Assembly: GCA_043228905.1 (NCBI GenBank)
Contig: JBHGNT010001354.1
Location: 1 to 9,519, forward strand
Origin: Azolla caroliniana
Lineage: Eukaryota; Plantae; Polypodiophyta
DNA length: 9,519 nucleotides
Direction of reading: 5' to 3'
The notes under the pieces were generated by a model. The model was not told where the DNA came from. It worked only from the letters and a program-made list of their open reading frames with translations, and ran no database searches. Shown here piece after piece: positions 1 through 7,561 of this stretch; within the stretch, counting starts at the first letter, position 1; each line of letters starts with the position of its first letter. A program made the position numbers and the translations under genes.

Positions 1-1
1 A

Positions 2-1080
2 TACATGGTGCATCACTATGCGTACATGACTAAAGTGGCGGAAGTGCATGAGCCGGAAAGCTACACAGAAGTGGCAAAATACATGAACCGGCGTGCCGTG
101 ATGGAGGAAGAAATGCGGGCACTTGATGCCAACAACACATGCTAGTTGATCCTCCCCAACTTTGCAAATCGATCGACTACAAGTGGGTGTACAATGTGAA
201 GTATAATACTGACGGTTCGGTCAACCAGTGCAAGGCCCGGCTAGTGGCCAAAGGATATGCGCAAACCCACGGAATCGACTATGACAAGACCTTCGCTCCA
301 GTAGCGAAGATGAGGATGGTTCGTGTGGTGCTGGCAATCGCAGGCGAGGGGGTGGCATCTCCACCAGATGGACGTGAAGAATGCGTTTCTTCAAGGTGAC
401 CTTGAGGACCAAGTGTATATGGTCCACCCCTTGGATTTCAGTTGGACATGAACAAGTCGACAGTGTGCCGACTCGAAGTCGCTATATGGCATGAAGCAAG
501 CCCCTCGAGCTTGGAATTCAAAGATAATGCACTAGTTGTGTAAGATGGGGTTTGCTGCCTCCAAATTCGACTCATCGTTGTTCATCCAAAAGGGTCCGAA
601 AGGTCTGGTATGCATTCTGTTATATGTTGACGACTTGGTCATCACCAGACCCGACCTCCCTGAAATCGGCTGAGTGAAGCCCCAATTGTCAGAAGCATTT
701 GAAATGAAGGACCTGGGGAACCTTCACTACTTCCTCGATATCGAAGTGATCCACACCCCTGATGGTATATTGTTGTCACAGACACACTATGTATTGAATA
801 TGTTGTTCGAGTTTGGCATGACGGATTGCCGACCGGTCTCGACACCCCTTGATCGGAATCAAAAGCTACATCCCGAGTCCAGGCTGGCCTCCAGTGAGAA
901 ACAATTTTGACAAATTGTCGAAAGCCTAATTTATCTTAATATCACTAGACCTGACATCAACTATCTGGTCGGGATGATAAGTCAATTTATGCAGCGACCA
1001 ACTGTTGAGCACCTTTAGTGCGTGCATAGACTATTGTGATATGTAAGCGACACTAAGGACCGAGGACTGTTGTATCGACA
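2..1080 (+). pseudogene. pol: Copia reverse transcriptase (RVT_2-type), degenerate with frameshifts and stops
   Basis: Manual translation gives [86 protein letters not shown] (YVDD at 623-634) and FEMKDLGNLHYFL. Frameshifts lie near 140, 345 and 430-480; in-frame stops include 671, 908 and 1016. The boundary with RNase H is approximate. Confidence 0.95.
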
Positions 1081-1555
1081 TGGTATAACCAAACAATTAG
1101 TTGGTTATACAGATTCTAACTAGGTTGGTGATGCGTCGTATCATCGGTCAACATCTAGCTTTATGTTTTCTCTTGGGAGTGCAGTTGTTGCGTGGAGCAG
1201 CAAGAAGTAGTCGATAGTGGCCTTGTCGAGCACTGAGGCTGAGTACCAAGGAGCTACTGTCGCCACCTGTGAAGCCATATGGGTCTGGTGGCTGTTGCAA
1301 GACCTCTGGATTGAAGTTCTGACTCCGATCTCGATCTACTTTGACAACATTAGTAGCATGCAGCTCACCAAGAACCTCGTCTTCCATGCTCATACAAAGC
1401 ACATAGAAGTGCATTATCACTTTCTGTGTGAGCGGGTCCTGAGTGGTGAAGTTAAACTCCGGTATGTTCGAATGGATTGGCAGGTTGCCGACATCTTCAC
1501 CAAGCCACTCGGATCGTACAAGTTGCAATATTTTTTGGAGATGCTTGGGCTATAA
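1081..1555 (+). pseudogene. pol: Copia RNase H domain, degenerate
   Basis: VGYTDSN*VGD (consensus GYxDADWAG), WSSKK*SIVALSSTEAEY, DNISSMQLTKNLVFHAHTKHIEVHYHFL and QVADIFTKPL, all in the same frame as YVDD. Confidence 0.93.
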
Positions 1556-2131
1556 CATCTCGATATGCCGCACTTGAGGGGGAGAACCGAAATAGGAAAT
1601 GAGAAAACAGGTAAAGGCATTGGAGAATCCGGAGACAAGAAGGAAAAGGAAGCCGAGTCAACTAGAGAAGCCAACACATCCGATGAAGTCGAAACGAGCG
1701 GCAACAACGATAGAGTCAAGAAGGATAGAGCCGACCGGAAGAAGAAGGCCAAGACCTGGACATGGTCTGATGTGGTAAAGGGCCTGAAGGATGAGGACGA
1801 ATTGGATTCAGCCAAATTCAGACAAGAGCTGGAATGAATCGGAGGAAACCGATTCGGAAGATGTGTTTGATTCGGAGGAGCCGAATCAACTGAAGGCCAA
1901 ACAGACGGGAAGGAAGCAGAAGTCGACACCTACAATGAGGAACTGAAGTCACAACAATGAAGGAGTTGAGATGGGCCTTATGAGTAGACAAGCCGACCGA
2001 GAAGGTTGAGGTGCAGGAACCGGATGGGTCATGGAAAGCAGGACCAGCCGGGTCGAGGAGCGCGAGCAAGGGGGGAAGATGCTAGGAAGAGTTGGAGGAA
2101 AGGACCGGTAGACACTGACATTATGAATTAA
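1556..2131 (+). pseudogene. In-frame low-complexity charged C-terminal extension (or extra ORF) of copia pol, decayed
   Basis: ORF 1565-1837 is in the pol frame directly after TAA 1553-1555. E/K/R/G/S-rich coding-like sequence can be followed through frameshifts (ESEETDSEDVFDSEEPNQ; GVEMGLMSRQADRE; RTSRVEEREQ) to DTDIMN* at 2131. Confidence 0.65.
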
Positions 2132-2143
2132 CCTCAAGTTGAG

Positions 2144-2155
2144 CTTGAGGGGGAG
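2144..2155 (+). other. Polypurine tract (PPT) of element A
   Basis: CTTGAGGGGGAG is followed immediately by TGTTG, the typical copia PPT/3' LTR junction. Confidence 0.9.
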
Positions 2156-2361
2156 TGTTGAGCGGACAAGCTCAACCTGATCCAGATCGGTATCCAGAAC
2201 CAAGAGCCGGATCGTGTCCACATAAGATTGTAACCGATAGGTTGTTAGAGGCCTATGGTCCTAGCCTAGTACGTAGGCATATTTCTTGGAGTTAGTGTCT
2301 ATCACTTAGTACGAGCATTGAAGTACTTGTCAGTATTTCCGTCAGTCCTTTTAAGGACTTG

Positions 2362-2368
2362 TATAAAA
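2362..2368 (+). promoter_or_regulatory. TATA box candidate in the copia LTR
   Basis: TATAAAA lies mid-LTR, preceded by the inverted repeat AGTCCTT-TT-AAGGACT (2344-2359). Confidence 0.55.
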
Positions 2369-2437
2369 AGTGTTGTGATGCACATTTGTACATGTACAGA
2401 GTATTTGAGTTCATTTTTGAAATAGAGTTTATGTTTT

Positions 2438-2438
<1 letters not shown>

Positions 2439-2474
<36 letters not shown>
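2439..2474. repeat. (CT)18 microsatellite within the copia LTR
   Basis: Perfect dinucleotide run read directly from the sequence. Confidence 0.97.
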
Positions 2475-2477
<3 letters not shown>

Positions 2478-2582
2478 GTGTACTGTGTATCTTCAAGCTT
2501 TCCATTAAACCTTGTCTCTGTTCTCCTGTTGCTATTCGGTTGAGTCGGTTTGTCTACACTTTTGCACATTAACTTTCACACA

Positions 2583-3980
2583 ATGCCATACCCTTATCCG
2601 AAGTACAATGATGACCCGGAAGTTTAGGCACACGTTCGAGCATTCTTGATGACCTAGCAGGCAAACCATGTCTCCCAGTGACTTTCGGAACCGGATGTAG
2701 AAAAATCGAAAATTGCTGAGTTTGGGCTATCGTTGGACGAATAGGCCGCAAAGTGGTATTCCCAACACAACACAGAGGATTTCACCACATTCCAAGACCC
2801 GAGGGACATGTTTGTGCGGTTGTTCCATTAACATATCACCCAAAGAGAATTAATCAGTCGGTTCTATGCAACGTATCAAGCGGCAAATGAGACGGTGCCG
2901 CAGTTTGTGATACGATTCTAGAATATGCAGAGAAAATTGACATGATCACCACTAGAGGACAAAGTAAAGGAAATATTTCTCATGACTCTAAGGGAGCCAC
3001 TTTGGACAACAATGGTTGTGCTGTATTTCAAGACAAGCACCATCGACCAAGTAATTGACAAAGGGCTCACCATGGATTGGGACCAAAATTGTAGTAGCAT
3101 GTTGATGGGGGCATTACAAAGAGCATTTTCCCAAGGACAAGAACCTGTGATTCTGACAGGCAATACAATGCACAACTTGCTTGAACCCGGGCCACTCAAG
3201 CCTGGAATGCACGATGTGAACACATTGTGCACTATGCCACTCAAGGGCACATACAATAGGGCGGTGCGAGTACAATTTGTTAAATCGTCAAGCAGCACCG
3301 GTACGCCACATCGAGCCCCGCGAGGACAGACAACCAGAAGAAGAGCGGTTCCAACGAGAGGACTAATACAAACCGAGGGAAGATTCTGGTATGAGGACAT
3401 CCACGCGACTGATATGATCGGGATTACTCTCTGGAATACGATCAGAGGAGAGAAATAGAATGAAGGTATCTTGACCGGCAGGGGTACCATCATCAACACC
3501 AGAATAATCAGCCCCACCGTGGAAACCACAATCGAAGGAACGAGCGTCGCGACCAAGATCAGGATTACCGATGGGCCCCAGATGCTAGAAAGACATTGCG
3601 GAGGGTGGAGTGGCGTAGATGGGACAAAGAAGACAGACAAAATAACGCGGACGGTTCCTGTCACACAACTAGCAAGGATAGAAAAAGCCGAATCGAGTGG
3701 AGTTAGGAAACTGTGCTACTACTTTTGCCAGTGGGAAACCACAATCGGAGGAACGAGTGCCACGACCAAGATCAGGATTACCGACGGGGCCCGGACGCCA
3801 GAAAGACATTGCCGAAGGGCAGAGTCACGCAAATGGGACAAAGGACGATAGACAAAATAACGCAGACGGTTCTCGACACGCAACCAACAAGGATAGAAAA
3901 AGACGAATCGAGTGGAGTTAGGAAACTGTACTGTTACTATTGCCAGCAGGAAGGGCACTATAGCAGTTAGTGGCCGATCA
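2583..3980 (+). pseudogene. gag: Gypsy Gag (capsid plus three CCHC zinc knuckles), degenerate
   Basis: PYPKYNDDPE..HVRAFL..IAEFGLSLDE*AAKWYSQ..FVRLFH..YQAANETVPQFVIRF..FLMTLREPL. Knuckles are CTTCLNPGHSSLEC (3169-3210), CALCHSRAHTIGRC (3226-3267) and CYYCQQEGHYSS*W (from 3932; last Cys lost). Confidence 0.85.
3521..3946 (+). repeat. Tandem duplication with 213-bp period (3521-3731 and 3734-3946)
   Basis: Both copies run GGAAACCACAATCG...GAATCGAGTGGAGTTAGGAAACTG...TGCCAG. Manual alignment gives about 30 substitutions and 2 one-base indels. Confidence 0.95.
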
Positions 3981-4439
3981 AGGCCAAGGAGAAACAACCG
4001 GTAGTGAACATGGTCATAGTAGAAGTAAGGTGCAACAGATCATGACCCAATCAAAGGGAAAGACCGAGTAACGGGAAGCGCAAGAAGCAGTACAGAAAGC
4101 TGCTAAGGAATGGTTTGAGAAGGTTAACTAGCGAAATATAGAAGATATCACGCAGGGCAAGGTTAGGCAAACATTAAACCCTCAGCCTGATGATGACACC
4201 TACACATTAGAGGAGGATCCGGCATGGCAGGTGTTGACCCAATGCCAGATTACGTTACCACGAGGTCAGTTGTTACAACTTAAAGACAACACTAACACCG
4301 TTAAAACCGGTAGTCGCACCGACATATCTTGCAAACCCACATGAGGGACTTGCCTTCATGGAAGAAAATAATCCAACGGTAACCATAATCCTCAAGGGTA
4401 AGGAAGTTCTCGGAATGATCATTGATGGAGGATCATGAG
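3981..4439 (+). pseudogene. pol: Gag-protease linker and N-terminus of the aspartic protease of element B, truncated by insertion
   Basis: WQVLTQCQITLPRGQLLQL, then VTIILKGKEVLGMIIDGGS (catalytic Asp codon 4424-4426). The sequence switches to an LTR at 4440. Confidence 0.8.
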
Positions 4440-4894
4440 TGTTACGGGCATGACCATATAATATCCTGTGGTGAGAATTTACCGTAGTATTCTATACACG
4501 TGGATAAGTGTGAGGGTTAAACGAGAGTGTAAAGAAGGGGAGGATTACTTTTAATCCTCGGGATTGAGACAACCCATTAGGCCAAGTGTGAACTTGCCTG
4601 GGGGCCTTGGGTATCGCTATAAATAAGAGGCCTAGCTACCCTCATTTCATCATCTTTTGACTACGTTGAGACTCTGTTCTTGTGGTGGGTCAACTCTTGT
4701 AGTGAGCGCGCCAACACCAGGTATGACTCGACGCCATGACAGTGGTATGGGACGCCGATCAAGGCTCGAGTTTGTCTCGATCCCTTCGCTCGGGGGTGGT
4801 CGGGTGGATCGGAACCCTTCTTTCTCTCTCTCCTTTATATCTAGATCTATCTTTTATCCTTATTTTATGCTTACAATAGTTCATGTCTCTAATA
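4440..4894 (+). repeat. 5' LTR of element C (~455 bp)
   Basis: Starts TGTTACGGG exactly where the element B protease breaks off, contains CTATAAATA at 4617-4625 and a pyrimidine-rich 3' part, and ends TAATA (probably TAACA with C>T) 2 nt before the PBS. Confidence 0.78.
4617..4625 (+). promoter_or_regulatory. TATA box of the element C LTR
   Basis: CTATAAATA matches the canonical plant LTR TATA sequence. Confidence 0.75.
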
Positions 4895-4896
4895 GT

Positions 4897-4908
4897 TGCT
4901 ATCAGAGC
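4897..4908 (+). other. Primer binding site, tRNA-iMet type
   Basis: TGCTATCAGAGC is an 11/12 match to the canonical plant PBS TGGTATCAGAGC. Confidence 0.85.
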
Positions 4909-5142
4909 TCATGTTCTAATGTTTCTTTTGTTGTCTTTGGTGTTTTTGATTGATGGTGATCAATCGATGTGTAGTTGGCCTTGATCTAGACAACGATCAA
5001 CAAAGAACTTCGGTAACTCTTTCCTTATATTTTTTTTCTATTTTTTCTTCTCCCATATAATCATGTGTATAGTCTATATGTAATTGTTTTCATTAATTTA
5101 ATGATGTTGTAATGGTAATTAATTGGTTGTATAAAACGTTTA

Positions 5143-5409
5143 CATATGTGTATGAGGTCAATACATCATTTGAAATATATTGAATATGTGATTAGTGTCA
5201 TATGCGCACGAGGTTAATACCTTAATTGCGTATTATGCTCACATACGTATGTTACATATGCATACGAGGTCAATACCCCAACTTCGTTGTAAATGATATG
5301 CGTTTGGTCTCGTATGCGTAAGAGGTCAATACCTCAATTGTGTATTACGATGAACCCTTATTTTTGGGATGTTTCGTTTGCGTAGAGGTATATGCCTCGA
5401 TTACGTATC
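5143..5409 (+). repeat. Array of five ~36-bp hairpin-forming repeats (period 56, 56, 56, 63)
   Basis: GAGGT cores at 5154, 5210, 5266, 5322 and 5385. The consensus is about CATATGCGTACGAGGTCAATACCTCAATTGCGTATT. Confidence 0.85.
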
Positions 5410-6100
5410 TTGATTACATCATTTCTGGCTATTTGATGTAACGATTTGTTTAATGTACGCATATGTGGTCACGTGTATACGTATTTGATCATATATATGT
5501 GATAAGTAAACATATGTGTATATTTGATATTACGTGATTTCTATCGAATGTTGTCCTTGTCGGGAAAAGGATCTTGGTGGCCGTCCTCACATTTTTGTGA
5601 GAATGGCGTTTTCACCATCCCTTTTTCAACAATTTTTTGTTGACATCCCCATTGGTCACTTCGATATTTCGTTACGTAATGAAACAATCATAGCCACAAT
5701 GGTGTTGAGTACGTAGGGCTTAACCCACTTCATGTGAGGTCGCTCCTATGACACACATAACCAACATCCCTCCCTCGTTACATGGATACAATACCACCAT
5801 GAGATCATCCTTACGGGAGGCATTCGTAATGACGTAACCATGTGATGGGACACGTGGGCCTACTACGAAAAGAGGGCTCATTTGGCTTGACCATTAGGTT
5901 GCACTTTGGCGTATGCCATTGTAATTATGAGACTTCAGGTTAGGTAACGTACCAACATATTTTGTAGTAAACGAGGGGGAAATAAGGACTCTTGACATAT
6001 ATGTTTCTTTTAAAAAAACATATATGGGCAAATGCCTCGCATATCTCTTATACACATGAAGTATTAAACATTCAAGAAGAGCAACCTACTTGGTTGGATC

Positions 6101-6210
6101 AAGTGTTTAATGCATTTGTTCTCAAGGTCTTGAGTTCAAATATGACCAAGACCATAAGTGTTTAATGCATTTGTTCTCGAGGTCTCGAGTTCAAATATGA
6201 CCAAGAGCAT
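6101..6210 (+). repeat. 55-bp direct tandem duplication (6101-6155 and 6156-6210)
   Basis: AAGTGTTTAATGCATTTGTTCTCRAGGTCTYGAGTTCAAATATGACCAAGASCAT occurs twice with 3 mismatches. Confidence 0.95.
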
Positions 6211-6644
6211 ACAACATCGTTGATACATATGACTACAACACATGTTTAGACTTGAGGTCTAAGTGTACTTCGGGGTCCTCATAATAGGACTTAAAGAGCC
6301 GAAACCACATATGTGGGCACAGAAACATAGTTTATTGTTAACATTTTTTTCGTGTATAAACTACTCATGACGCGAACATACATGGTTGAGCCTCGGGGAG
6401 CCGCTATGAAAAAATTGATATAGAGATCAGGGAAAGACATTAATTTGTCACCCCCATGGTTTTTAAAACAACTTTGTGTTGCCATAGTAACCTGATCTTG
6501 AACCTCATCTCATACGTCTACAGGGGTATTGACGTGAGATCATGATATCGATTAATGTTTGTCCATGATATGTTTACATCACGACATGATGTTATGATTA
6601 TTTGTCTGACCTTATCCTATTTCTTTGCCAAAAATAATCATTTA

Positions 6645-7561
6645 ATGGCTCAAAATAACGACCCGATGTCATCCGCTCAAGCGGAAGGAACTCAAGGAAA
6701 TACTCCTGGACAAATGTCCTTTGAGATGTATTTTTCGCAAATAACCCATACCTTAGTTTCACTGCTCAACAGATGACCGAACTTCGGCAATCTCAAAGTG
6801 CTCTCGAGGAATGTGTCATTAGTTTACAACATGAGACTAATAGACCTGATGAGCGACAAGGTGAACCATCATTTGTCGTTAAGCCATTTACAGGAGAAAA
6901 AAAGGAAAGAACCGAAGAAGCAATCTGCACGTGGCTGAGTTGATGGGAGTCTCATTTTGAGCTCTATCCCACGCCAGATAGTACGAAGATTGCATATGTC
7001 GGCCAAGAACTAGGGCGTGGGCTCTGTACTTTGGGGAAATTGCCCGATACTTGGACAGATTTTGTCACAGTTTTCAAGGGCCAATTTCTGCAACCTCCCT
7101 CTCGAACCAAGGCAACACAAGCTTTAATGAACCTCTCTAGCCGGAAATTTTCCTCACTAGAAGATTATGTTCACCATGCTAGAACCCAAATCCAAAAGTC
7201 GGGTCTAGAAGGGGACAATTGGTTGATAGCTTGTTTTGTCAATGGCATCCCCAATTCGGACTATCACTGGATAGTGCACAATAAGGATCCAAAATCCTTC
7301 GAAGAGGCCGTTGAAATAGTTCTTCGCTATCAACGCACTTCGAAGAAGGACCACAACAAACCCAACGAAGCGCCCAGGATTAAGCAGTCGCATTTCGCTG
7401 GGAACTGCAAGACACCCAACGAATTCATGGATCGCGATTGTAAGCGACAACATCCTTTTTGCGTATTCTGCAAAAGGAAGGGTCATACAAAAGAACAATG
7501 TCGAAAGCTCAAACGGAAAGAGCATGATAGCAAAGCTAAAGTTGCAGACCATAAAGGTTAG
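6645..7561 (+). pseudogene. gag: Gag of element C with one CCHC knuckle, degenerate
   Basis: ATG 6645 gives MAQNNDPMSS; a frameshift lies near 6760; then VKPFTGEKK..TWLS*WESHF..KIAYVGQEL, PDTWTDFVTVFKGQFL, SLEDYV, FVNGIP and CVFCKRKGHTKEQC (7460-7501). There is a stop at 6941. Confidence 0.88.

Larger units (their letters stand above)
1..2580 (+). mobile_element. Ty1/copia LTR retrotransposon, 3' half (element A): RT-RNase H, C-terminal extension, PPT, 3' LTR
   Basis: Copia RT and RNase H motifs occur in order, followed by a PPT at 2144-2155 and a TG-starting LTR-like segment. The 5' part is outside the window. Confidence 0.95.
2156..2580 (+). repeat. 3' LTR of copia element A (~425 bp, TG...CA)
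   Basis: Starts TGTTGAG directly after the PPT, contains TATAAAA (2362-2368) and a (CT)n tract, and ends ...ACTTTCACA just before gypsy gag coding begins. An alternative end is TTTGCACA at 2568. The 5' LTR is not in the window. Confidence 0.8.
2581..4439 (+). mobile_element. Internal fragment of an older Ty3/gypsy element (element B; non-chromoviral, Athila/Tat-like by inference)
   Basis: Retrotransposon gag, CCHC knuckles and the start of the protease (IIDGGS) are present. Both ends abut LTRs of other elements. Confidence 0.85.

Noticed and set aside
1148-2221. Minus-strand ORFs 1148-1528, 1417-1929, 1818-2069 and 1949-2221
   Set aside because: They are antisense shadows of purine-rich + strand coding sequence and have no recognisable motifs.
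2302-2505. Minus-strand ORF with an RERERE tract
   Set aside because: It is a translation of the (CT)18 microsatellite within the LTR.
2982-3851. ORFs 2982-3458 and 3471-3851 as intact genes
   Set aside because: Both mix true and shifted gag frames. The zinc knuckles lie in another frame.
2918-3997. Hydrophobic 248-aa antisense ORF (possible env-like membrane protein) and ORF 3719-3997
   Set aside because: The hydrophobicity follows from the T-rich complement of A-rich gag. They fully overlap gag and have no independent support.
4540-4559. GAGGATTA-CTTT-TAATCCTC hairpin as an intrinsic terminator
   Set aside because: It lies in a eukaryotic LTR with no U tract. A single 8-bp stem is weak evidence of function.
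4734-4750. Alternative LTR end and PBS: CCATGACA-G-TGGTATGG
   Set aside because: Only 6 nt match the Met PBS, against 11/12 at 4897-4908. It cannot be fully excluded without the 3' LTR.
5143-5409. CRISPR array (palindromic repeats with variable spacers)
   Set aside because: The context is a eukaryotic retrotransposon with no cas genes. The repeats are too divergent, the linkers are short, and linkers 1 and 3 are related to each other.
6089-6154. Functional tRNA gene
   Set aside because: It is too short, lacks a proper anticodon arm, and the T-stem does not close. It is kept only as a tRNA-like finding.
4657-6485. Short ORFs 4657-4953, 5534-5716 and 6291-6485 as accessory genes
   Set aside because: They are short, two lack an ATG start, none has a motif, and they lie in LTR or leader sequence.
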